Source of the DNA: Okamejei kenojei
Lineage: Eukaryota
Direction: 5' to 3'
DNA length: 64,000 nt
Assembly (NCBI GenBank): GCA_035221665.1
Contig: CM069146.1
Location: forward strand, 15,996,001-16,060,000
Shown: positions 49,829 through 60,800 of the stretch, in pieces
Numbering within the stretch: position 1 is the stretch's first letter
Layout of the letters: each line of letters begins with the position of its first letter
Program-made: the position numbers and the translations under genes
The notes under the pieces: generated by a model
Databases searched by the model: none
Told to the model about the DNA's origin: nothing
Seen by the model: only the letters and a program-made list of their open reading frames with translations

Positions 49829-50550
49829 CCGTATTTCCTGGCAATGAAGACGCTATTTTTCACCCAAAAATAAGGCACAAAAATTTACCTGCGTCTTGGA
49901 GGCCGAAGGTTAGGTTGTTAGCCAAGAAAGATAGACTTGGCTATCCCTCAGTACAGCAACATCAAGAACAATGTTGCTATACTGAGGGATAGCCTGATGG
50001 GAAGTGGCTCTAAAGTGGGAAGCCTCTGTAAAGGGACAGCACCTCTGGGGCGGGGGGGGGGGAGGGGAAGGGAAGAGTTCCTTCCATGCGTGTGGGGAGT
50101 CTGGCCCGGATCAGCACAGCCTGGGCTGCACAAATTGGCTGGGCCGCCAGGGGTAAAGTTGCGGGGAGGGCAGTAGTGTTGTGAAGGAGGAGTTTGGGGA
50201 TCATGCCAGCAGCTCACTCACCGCTGCCGCGGCACTCCGGGCGTGGAGCGACCGCATTGTGGCCGGGGAGGAAGCAGCTCGGAACCTGCTGCCACCTTAG
50301 ATCCTTCTGCTGGCCTGCGCCTGCCAGCCAGCCACAGTGTCTTTCGGCACAGGCGCAACCGGTGGAGGTCTCTGTCTCTTTTTCTCTCTTTCTCTCTTTC
50401 TTCTTCTCTCTCTCTACCCCCCCCCCCCCCCCTCCCCCCGGACTAAAACAAACCCTTGATCCTGTCCCGCCTTCCGCTTCTCAAAATTTAGCAACTTAAA
50501 TTGGGTGTGTGTCTTTGACGCCGGTGCATCTTCATTGCCGGGAAATACGG
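49829..50550. mobile_element. Tc2/pogo-like (TcMar) MITE
   Basis: 25-bp TIRs CCGTATTTCCTGGCAATGAAGACGC and GCATCTTCATTGCCGGGAAATACGG with TA flanks. Confidence 0.88.
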
Positions 50551-50970
50551 TAATCAAGTTGGACAAAATATATAATGCTTTTGTTAGTATCTGCATGTGC
50601 AGTAATTGTGTTAATGATCTCGCTTCAGACTCCTTTGCTTTAAAATGGCTTAAAAACTCCTTCCAGCAGATAGCTGATTAGAACTAGGAATGTGGTCTAC
50701 AGTAATTCTTAAGTTGTTGGTATCTCCAGTGGCCACTTTTGATTGTTATCGCTAGGTAAGATTTGTGCATTGAACACTATCATCATTACCTTCATTTTTC
50801 CATTGTGCTCTTTTCAACAGGCCTTTAGGCTGATCCAATTAAATCAAAAGAGCTTGTATGTTATTTTACTGTTGACAGTTTGGATTTGCAAAGAATTAGA
50901 CAGTTTCATTACATATTTTTGACTTTTTTGGGAAATAATTTTTTGGTTATGCCTGCCAAGACTGAGAATA

Positions 50971-51220
50971 GACACAAAAAGCTATAGTAATTCAGTGGAT
51001 CAGACAGCATCTCTATGAAAAGGAATAGGTGGCATTTTAGGCCGAGACCCTTCTTCAGGAGAAGGGTCTCGACCTGAAACGTCACCTACGGTATTCCTTT
51101 CCTTCTTCTGAAGGGTCTTGATCCGAAACATCACGTACTTCTTTTCTCCAGAGATGCTGCCTGACCCGGTGAGGTATCTATCATCGGTGTAAACCAGCAT
51201 CTGCAGTTCCTTCCTACACA
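50971..51220. mobile_element. Penelope-derived insertion with an inverted arm and two tandem hammerhead-like remnants
   Basis: 15-bp flanks ccaagactgagaata (50956-70) and cctagactgagaata (51221-35). Degenerate cores at about 51059-51083 and 51107-51132. Confidence 0.8.
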
Positions 51221-52345
51221 CCTAGACTGAGAATATTTTGTTTGAAAGGGAAGGCTTGATAAACAACTAAACGCATTTCAAGAGGAGTATTGTTTTGTTT
51301 TTTTTCCCCTGCTGCACCAGATGCTTCACATTTAATAGTAGGTTACTTTTAATATGCTCCTCTTTTTCTCGGATAAATCAGTTGACAGTACCTTTGGTTC
51401 TTTTTTAGCATGGATTCCACAGGTTTAATTACTTTACAGCAACAACATCAAACGTTGAATAAATTAGTTTTTTCCCCTTTGTACTCAAATGTGCATCAGT
51501 GGGAATGATATTTTGAAAGAATGCATTTCTTGTTTCAAGCAGCTTCATAATCTAATTTGTTTGGTTACTAAGTCAACATGGGAGTTACCTCTCTTGAGTT
51601 TTATGTTATTGAACAATCCTTTGTGCGTTTAATCCAGTGTTACAATTAATTATTTTAAGGAATTAATTTAGTCATAATATTATGTATATGATGAGGTGAA
51701 TGAGATTCCATAATTCTGACTACAATCTTGAAGAAATTGTATTTTGTTCCATGATAGAGTTGCAAAATGCACTGTGTTCAGATTTGAATTAACATAGTTT
51801 GGGTGTTGGCTACAATGAATAAAAATCCACTGGAGCTTGAGAACTTCATAGATTTTGCTACCATCTGGTATTAAGTATGTCAGACTGTTATTGTTAATTC
51901 GACTTGAATTCTTATCACACAGGCATTCCATCTGGAACATCTTAGTGAAAATTACATATTTGAATCTGGCTCGATATTTAAATGGGAACATTTCCTAGGA
52001 TGCTGTTACAAATTAGATACATATTCATGAGGCTGTGGTTAATGGAAATACAAATATTCATGGTTCGTAGTAGACATTATTGGTCTAGCTTAAATCCAAA
52101 TTTGGCTCGATATCTTGCTTCAAAAGAAAACTTAACATTATCAAATTTTAAAATATGAGACTCGTGCATTTGTCACATAACATCTTTGATAGTCATTGCC
52201 TTTATAGTCAAATGTTTTACATTTATTTATAGTTCTGTGTACTGCATTTTCCTCAATTATGCCACTTTCACACAGATGTTAGACTGGTAGAAGTCTGCAG
52301 AATTGTGCTTAAACCATTTTGGATAATTAACCTGGTACTTTTCAG

Positions 52346-52487
52346 CGATGGATGAAACAGGCAATGGATGAGGCCATGGTGCAACTTCCGCTCACACCAG
52401 ATATAGGACAAGAAACACCACCTATATACCACAGCAATGACAGCAGCAATGTGCCTGACGAACTGGATGACACCAATACCTCAACAG
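52346..52487 (+). CDS. SETD5: SETD5 exon O
   Basis: ttttcag|CGA...ACA G|gtaagt. Encodes RWMKQAMDEAMVQ...TST, similar to RWIKQALEE. 142 nt. Confidence 0.92.
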
Positions 52488-53012
52488 GTAAGTTTAAAAA
52501 ATAAAATGTTTCATTATTATATGCAGTCAGCCTATCACTGCAGGCCGAGCTCTTGGGAGCCATTCGGCAAAATAAACAGCAATCTGAGGCAGACAGTTTA
52601 ATGGTTGTTCCCTCAGCAAGTGGGTGAGATTAAGAACTGAAAGGTGAAAGTGAAAGGTGTCATTGCATAGCCTTCCCACACCCATCATAAGCAAGCAAAA
52701 TAATTAATATTTCCAAGGCCATATTATTGACCATAAGATGCAACAAAGCAAAGATGTTCTCATTACACATTAATCATAACAATATTTCAAATATAGTAGT
52801 ACATTTCTGCTCATTGCAACAGCATCAGACAGGACTTTTGCAATGTATATTGGACGCAGCTGTTACTGGGTAACTCAGCGTTTAAAGTAGGAGTTGTTTG
52901 AAGGCCAACTGGTCAAAATTAAAGACTGATGATCGTCCTGTTAGGAAGGAAGACGGGTTCAGAATCCTTGATTGATGATATATGTTGAAATTGTAGTCAA
53001 AAAGAGAAAGGA

Positions 53013-55550
53013 AGCGACTTCCGGTGGCGCTATGGAGGGCTAGAGAGTAACGCCAGCCAGCTCCTCGAACAAAACGGAGAAAAATCGGGGACAAACCGAC
53101 CTACCTGCTGCCAATCTGCACCGATTGCTGTGAGTGACGTCATCAGGCACGCGGCTTACTATGTCTACACAGCGCAGCCCACTCCTGGATAAACCGGAAA
53201 GTCGGGTTACCAGGCAGAAAACGGTGGAAGGCCCGACTGAAGCCTCGGGCTCAGGTAGGACGCTATTCCAAGAAGATGTGTCGAAAAAAACGACGAAAAA
53301 ATCGGAAGGTGAAGAACTTAAAACTTTTATTGCAAGTGAAATTGCTGGTTTAAAGGAAGAAATAAAGCTGGAACTAAAGAATGAACTGGCAAAAACGAAC
53401 GAAGAATTGAAGAAGATGAATTTTGGGGAAGAAATAAAAAAAAATCAAGGAGGAAATTAAGGACTTAAAGCATGAAATTAATACCACGGCTAAGAATACA
53501 TTGGATGAACTGAAGAAAGAAATTGCAGAAATATTGACTGGTCTGACAAATGACATGAATGTTAAAATCAGAAATGTGAAAACTGATTTTGAAGAAAGGC
53601 TGAATCCTGTGGAGCAGGCACTGAACCAACAGACGGCTGCCATAAAATGGCCTTGAAGAACTAGCCGAAACAAGTGCTCAGACTACAGCAAAGCTTATCA
53701 CAGAAAATCAACATCTAACTGAATTACTGGGCAAAATAACCGAGAAATATACTGAATTGGAAGGTCGTCAGAGAAGACAGAACCTAAGAATTGCGGGTAT
53801 TCCAGAAGGGAAAGAGGGGGATCAAGATCCCTGAGAATTCACTGCAAATATACTGCAAAAAGTTTTATCTCTGGAACAAAAGCCTTTACTTGCCCGAGCA
53901 CACAGAGTGATGAGACAGACGTCAGACAAGACAAAACGCTCCCCCAAGACAAATGATAATAAAAGTACAGTACGACCATGTCTTGGAGGAGATAATGCAA
54001 AAAAATCAAGAAACAGAAATCTTGCATTTGAAGGACACAGGATCAGTATTTATCGAGACTATCCAGCAGAGGTCTCCGGAAACGAAAAGCGTTTAATGAG
54101 ACCAAAAGTGTCTTGAGGGAAGTGGAGAATTTGATATATGGTCTGAGGTATCCAGCTACTCTAAGAGTCACTTACAACCAGAAGGAATGCTTTTTCACCA
54201 ACCCTGTGGAAACATTGGACTCATCCAGAAGATTAAGGCTCAAGAGGATGCTTGAATAATACTTTAAAACTGAGCCTCACCATTGAATAAACTGATTTTG
54301 CAGGACTGGATGGAATTAAAGTGGTGACTAAGGAAGCTGGAGAAAGACGTGGATCGGAAACTCTCCCATGGATACTAATAATTAGTATAACTGCACTACT
54401 AATACAAATAACTAATAAATACTAAAATTATAGCGTGGTATCTTTACTAATCAGAGTTAATAATTATCACTAATGACTAATACTTACTTATAATGGAATG
54501 ATTAGAGTCAAATATAGAGTTTGATTTCATTTGCCCCCTTTTTTCTTTTTTATTAGTAATTTTTATTTTTATTTTATTTTTTTCTCTCTTTTCGTTTTTT
54601 TTATTAAATTTTCAAACAAGTTTTAAATTTATGTATCCTCACATTTCCGACTATTGGAACCAGAATATTTTAACATTTAATAAATAAAAACATTTATGTA
54701 AATCAAAAATAAATGGTGGTCTAGCACTGTGAACTTTATGTTTTATTACTGGGCAGTTAATATTAAAAATATGAATTTTTGGTTAGTAGAGACAGATAAA
54801 CAACCAATCTGGTTAAAAATGGAAAAAGAAAATGTTCGCCTTTAGAAATTAGCTCGATTTTATTCGCTAATATTAAACTAGGTAAGAAAATCTATAGTGA
54901 AAATCCTATAATAGAAAGTGGGATACGTATCTGGAAACAAATAAAGAAAACATTAAAATTGAAATGTATACCACTAGCCCTAACCATTGTAAATAACGTT
55001 ACATTTAAACCTTCAATCATGGACAAAGGTTTTTTACAATGGAAAAACTATGGAATTAATAAGATGGGCGATCTCAATAGGGAAAACTCCATGTCATTTC
55101 AAGAATTACAACAAATTTATGGATTACATTCAAAAGATTACTTTAAATATTTACAAATTAGAGACTATGTAAAAGCAAACACACAAGAAATCAGAAATAG
55201 AAAGACAGAAATTTTAGATGAATGTCTAAATAAACACCTGAACACAGAAAAATTGATATCATATATTTATAACATTTTATTGGAAAATGATGTCCCAATG
55301 ACAGAAATATACAGACAATCATGGGAAAACGAATTAGGTCAATTAATCAGACTAGAAGTATGGGATGAAAGTTTACAACATATACACCATTGTTCATTAA
55401 ATGCTAGACACTCTCTTATACAATTTAAAATATTGCATAGATTACATTATTCAAAATCCAAATTACATAGTATTTTTTCAAATGTATCTGCCATATGTGA
55501 TAAATGTCAGCACTTAGAAGCTAACTTAACGCATTCATTTACAAATTGCC
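53013..55550 (+). mobile_element. L1-clade LINE remnant with an internal deletion of EN/RT
   Basis: 5' end gacttccggtggcgc. ORF1 coiled coil plus LEGRQRRQNLRIAGIPEG, FEGHRISIYRDY and YGLRYPATLRVT. ORF2 C-terminus GGLAL..FYYWA...IQFKILHRLHY...CDKCQHLEANLTHSFTNC (CCHC). Confidence 0.88.
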
Positions 55551-56170
55551 AGTGCAATTTCTTTTTTTTAAGAAGGGCACTTGGGATAATACAACAAATT
55601 ATAGGCCAGTGAGCCTTCCATCAGTGGGAGAGAAATTATTGAAGAATTTTAGTAATAGGATTTGCTCAAGTTTGGAAAAGCATGGGAATATCAATGTGGC
55701 TGTGCGCGAGAGGTCAAGTCTTCAGAACATGATTGTTCAAGGAGGTGTCAGAGATGATTGATAAGAGTAGGATCGTGGATGCTCTCCACATTATCCATAA
55801 AACCTCTAAATGATTTGGACAAAAATGTTGGTGGGCTTAGTGATAACTTTGCAGATGATGCATAGCAGCTTAAGTGCATAGAGTGACAAGTAAAGCATAT
55901 GGCATGTTTCTCTTCATCGGTCAAGGATTTGAGTATAAAAGTTGGTATGTTGCAGCTGTATAAAACTTGGCTTGGGCCACATCTGTCTACGGTTCTGATT
56001 GCCACATCATAGTATGACGTGGAAACATTAGAGAAGATGCAAGGGAAATTCTCTGGGATATTGTCTGGATTAGAGTATTTTAGATATAAGAAAAAGTTAG
56101 GGAAACTTGGATTGTTTTTTCTGGGCAACTGAACGGATGTGTATAAAATTCTGTAGATAGGGTAGATAGG
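55551..56170 (+). mobile_element. Degraded CR1-like fragments
   Basis: FKKG..DN..NYRPVSL.SV.EKLL followed by eroded ORF2 pieces. Confidence 0.65.
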
Positions 56171-56219
56171 TTTGTTGTTAGGGTAGACAATCAGCGACTA
56201 TTTCCCAGGTGGAAATGTC

Positions 56220-56435
56220 TGCTGCCTCATAGTGCCAGAAACCCGGGTTCGACTCTGATTGTGGGACTTTGCGTGTGTGGAACGTTCTCCAGCATCCCAA
56301 TGACGTGTGTTTGTAGGTTAATGGGTCTCTGTAAATTGCCCCTAGTATGTATGGAGTGGATGAAAAAGTGGGATAGCATAGAATGGTTGGCATGGACTTG
56401 GTGGGCCAAAGCACCTGTTTCCATGCTAAAACTAA
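56220..56435 (+). mobile_element. HE1-like SINE
   Basis: gctgcctcatagtgccagaaacccgggttcgactctga head, gtaaattgcccctagt core, CR1-like tail. Confidence 0.7.
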
Positions 56436-56846
56436 AAAACTTGGCATCATGGTTGGCAGAGATACCAAAGGGCCTGTTTAGTGCTGCACTGATCTGCGTT
56501 TATGTTCTAAGAGCCATATTTGTTAGCAGTGGGAATTACAACACAAGGGATCCAGATGATATTCTTTCATTAGTATTTTATTGCACCAATTGGCTGTTAC
56601 GTCCTTTTTACTTTTGAGTGTTTACATGGTTGCTTGACAGATCATCATGATCCAGCAGGGATCCGAGATACTGACCTGCAAAGTCAGGCTTGGAAGTCGG
56701 GAAAATGGGACACGTTTAGATGGAACATCTTGGTTGGCATGGTCAGGTTGAGCCGATGGGTCAATATCTCTACTGTGTTACTCTGTCTCTAAAATGTACC
56801 TGTGTTCATTCAGTAATGGATGTTTGATAATTTCTTTATTTTCTAG

Positions 56847-57097
56847 AGTTGATTGCGCCTCTGAAGAAACGAAAGGCACGGTATCTGTCAGACGTGAGTT
56901 TGACCGATTTGCCCGGACCTTGTAGTCCTCTGTCAGCACCAGCATCTGTCACGGATACGGCCATGTCCAGCCCAACCATAATGACGCCTTGCACCTTGTT
57001 TCCAGGAGAAGAGGACAAGAAAAATGGATATAATACAGTTTACTCACCCCTTCATTCCCTTGCTGCTAGCAGATGTAATACTCCACTACAGTTTGAG
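56847..57097 (+). CDS. SETD5: SETD5 exon P
   Basis: ttctag|...GAG|gtaaat. Encodes LIAPLKKRKARYL...GEEDKKNGY...ASRCNTPLQFE. 251 nt. Confidence 0.94.
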
Positions 57098-57959
57098 GTA
57101 AATATATCTCCAGCAGCAGGAATGCCAATTTCATTCATGAGGAAAATTAATCTTTTGTTCTCTCTCAGTAAATATAACTCTTCTAATAGTGTTCTTTGTG
57201 AGACAAAATTAGCTTTCTTTTTAATTTAAATGTGATCAAATGGATGAAATATTTATGCTAGCTGATTTAAAGTGCACTGCAATGACTCATTTTGATATCA
57301 GCGGTGTTTTCCTCTTGGCTATCTAAATGTATGTGGCATTAAAAGTTTTTGTTTTTACTGATTGCTTTGGTCAGTGGGTTTTAAGCTTGCCTGTTGGTTT
57401 CTTGATACCCAAAATATCAAATATGTTTACCTCTGTTTCCATAAGTTGTTTATTTTCTCCTTTAAATATAGGCTAAAAATGCAGATCAGAGAATGATCTT
57501 GAAGTTGCACGGCACTTTGTAAATCATTTTGTAATACTAACAAATTCATTTTGAAAGGTGCAACTTTCAGAATTCAGGTACCCCATAATCTAGTTTGACA
57601 GGTAATACTTAAGAAAGACAAGAATATTTCGAGAATATTTAAACTTATTTGAAAAAAAGGAAATTTGATAAGACCGATTTAAATATAACAGGATAGAAAA
57701 TAGTGTATTTTGCATACAATTAGAGTAGTTCTTCCCAGTGCATTTTCATTAATGATAGAAAATAGAATTATTGTATATAACATAATTTAACTGCATTCTC
57801 ACTTTTAAAAACAAAAATAGAAATAGCTGCTGTTGCTACTGAGAGTAAAGTCTGGGTAATTCTGATCATTTCATTTTCCTGCATATTTGTTTAAAATTAT
57901 ATTTAGCTTGGTTTATATTTTTCTCCTCCTGACCAGTACTTTAACAAAAGTTTTTTTTA

Positions 57960-58490
57960 AAAGAGGTGAGACCACACTTGGAGTTTTTATGCAGGTTTGG
58001 TCACCCAACTGCAGGGAGGATGTTATTAAGCTGGAATGAGTATGGAAAAGATTCAGAAGGATGTTCCCAGGACTGGAATGCTTGTTGTATAAGGAGAAAC
58101 TGGGTATGCTGGGGGAGTTTTCTCTGCAGCTTAGAAGGCTGAGGTGACTTTATAGAGGTATACAAAATCATGAAGGTCAAGATGATCAGTCATCGTCCCA
58201 GCATGGGTGAGTCTACAATATGAGGGCATAGATTTTGACAGAGAGGGAAAAAATTAAAGAAGACCTCAGGGGCATCTCTTTCACCCAGCGGGTATTTGGA
58301 ACGAGTTGCCTAAGGAAGTTGTGGAGGTGGGTACAATTAGAGTATTTAAAATGCATTAAGACAGATGCGTAGATAGGAAATAGAAGGATATGGGACAATT
58401 GGGTAAAAAGGACAAGCTAAGGTAGGCAACTTGCTTGCCTTTGATGAGATTGTCCAAAGGTCCTGATACAATGATGTGTAACTCTAATGT
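57960..58490 (+). mobile_element. Old CR1-like LINE 3' fragment
   Basis: VRPHLEFFMQVWSP..REDVIKLE and eroded RGDFIEVYKIMKG motifs. Confidence 0.7.
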
Positions 58491-60578
58491 GTAGAGGTTT
58501 GAGGAGACTTAGGCAGAGTTGGAACATTATTAGTTGATTGCATTGTGCAAATCACCAACAGTATTAAAACAATAATTAAAATAAGGGAAATGGAGAAAAT
58601 CAACAATATTTTCCTGCATGTCTGTCCCTTTTTTTTAATGCAGGTAAACCTATCAACATCTCATAATCAGACAAGTTTTGTAAAAAAAAAAACGATAAGG
58701 TGAACAAGAAGTATTTGAAGTACAAGGCTGTATAAAGTGTACTTTCAAAGTTTTAAAATACATCGGGGAAAGCTTTTAATTGTTTTACACAAGTTTGCAG
58801 TGTTGTGACAAACATAAATCATTTACCTGTTCACTTGGTGAATACGGTGGTTGGCCTAGACTTACCCACTTCCAAACAGTCGCTTTGTCTGAAAATGTGT
58901 GGAGGTGAAAAAAGCCAGTGTCTAAAGCATTCCATATTTTCTGTAGCATGTTTCAAAGATCTTTTTTTTAATACTATAGCTTCCGATCCAATAGAATCAC
59001 CTATCCAATGGTTTTGTCCATGTGGCTTCCTTTACCACTTCCTTACTTCAATGGAAGGTAATAATTTGTTGTTCAGCCAAGTGTAAAGCTTTCTTTTTTT
59101 TATCTGGTAGGACTTTAGAGGAAAGATTTCTGTGGTTTGGATTCTAAATGGCATCAGAACAGAAGATGTGGCACTTTTAAAACCTCCTTGCACTAACTAT
59201 ATACTGTGAGCATTGGCATTAATCTCTCACATTCGGATATTGATACCTGTGTAATATTTTTATTACTTTCTGGTGTATTTATTATGCTTGTGCTTCACAC
59301 ATCCTGATTTTTTTTGAGTCATACAAGAAATAAGGATTGAAGATACTTAGAAGTCACTTGACAAAACCGTGTTTGTCAGCCTGCAATGTTTAATTTAAGT
59401 TTAACTAATGCTTCAAAATTTTCTTCTCCCCAGTTTGAGTCCTGGCAACATAGTTTCTAACATTGTTTTCATCCCAACTTGCCTTTAAATCAATTCTAAT
59501 TTTAGGAGGTGGACAAGGGTATCTGATTGATTTATTTGATGAATTTGCTTCAGTGTTTCCAAGTGAGAGAGATCTAAGAATCTCATTTGATTCCTTCCTG
59601 GTTGATTGGTGAAGATCTAGAATGTGTGTACAGTCTTAGAGGTGTGAGTCCATGTTATCACCTTTGGAGTTGCTTCAAATCACTTGACCACCCGAAGTAC
59701 TGAAGGTCTTTTGATCTGACGTAAGATTTTGACTTGAAGGCAAGGATGCTACTACTGTCATTTGGGCTGAAGGTTATCTCAAAGTTTGTGAATTATGTTT
59801 TTTCTTTCGTTACCTTTAAGTTCTTTGTGGCACACTACAAAATATTTTTTCCCACCAAAATTTTTGCGGCATTGTTTGTAAAGCAGGCCTAAAAGAATTA
59901 TATACAAAATGAATTGGAAATGATTTGGATATATTCCAAAATCTGGTTCAGATCCTTAGTTTGCAAAACAGACAAAAAATTGGCATCAAATGTTCTCAAA
60001 GACTAGGAACTGTGAACAAATAAGTTCTACTGTGATCCCAACTTAACCCAGAATTAAGCGGAGATTCAATTTTCTCCTTTTCATCTCATGAAGTTGTAGA
60101 TCTCTTGCTAAAATATATTTTTTGCGTGTAGCAAAAGTTCATTATTCATATTCACATGTTGATGACAATTTGACAGTAGGTCCAGCAACATAGCTTCTTA
60201 TTTTAGCCCAGGCAATACACAAAGCACTTCCTTAAATGGTCACTTGATAATGATCACAAGTGGATAGCCGACTATCCCATCAGATAAGGCTCATGGTAAC
60301 CAAATCAGTCCAGTGAAAGCTATAATGAAAATTGTTTCAGCATTTTCGATTTGTGCTTCCCAGCTGTCCCAGTGGGATGAACACTATTGATGTACAAGTT
60401 TCTATAATTAAACTGGTCCAAGTTTATGATGATTTCAGTAACAATTAAAGGGTGTAAAATCTATGTCAGAAAGCGAAAAATGCAATGGGATTCGTCACTT
60501 CTAACTATTTGATGAGCTGATAAGTCAGCTAACACCACATGGTTTCATAAAGAAGTAACATACACTGGTTTAAAACAA

Positions 60579-60800
60579 TAGACACAATATGCTGGAGTAA
60601 CTCAGTGAGTCAGGCAGCATCTCTGGAGAAAAAAAATAGGTGATGTTTTGGGTTGGATCCTTTCTTTACTCTGAAGAAGGTTTCCGATCCAAAACCTTAC
60701 CTATTCCTTTTCTCTAAAGATGCTGCCCAATCTGCTGTTACTCCAGTATTTTGTGTCTTTCTTTAGTACAAACTAACATCCGCAGTTCCTTCCTGCACAT
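60579..60800. mobile_element. Palindromic Penelope-derived insertion (diverged)
   Basis: Inverted arms of the gctggagtaactcag...cagcatctctggag family centred near 60670. Confidence 0.75.

Noticed and set aside
54959-55612. 217-aa ORF as a nested host gene
   Set aside because: It is the L1 ORF2 C-terminal region ending in the CCHC motif, with a disrupted upstream frame.
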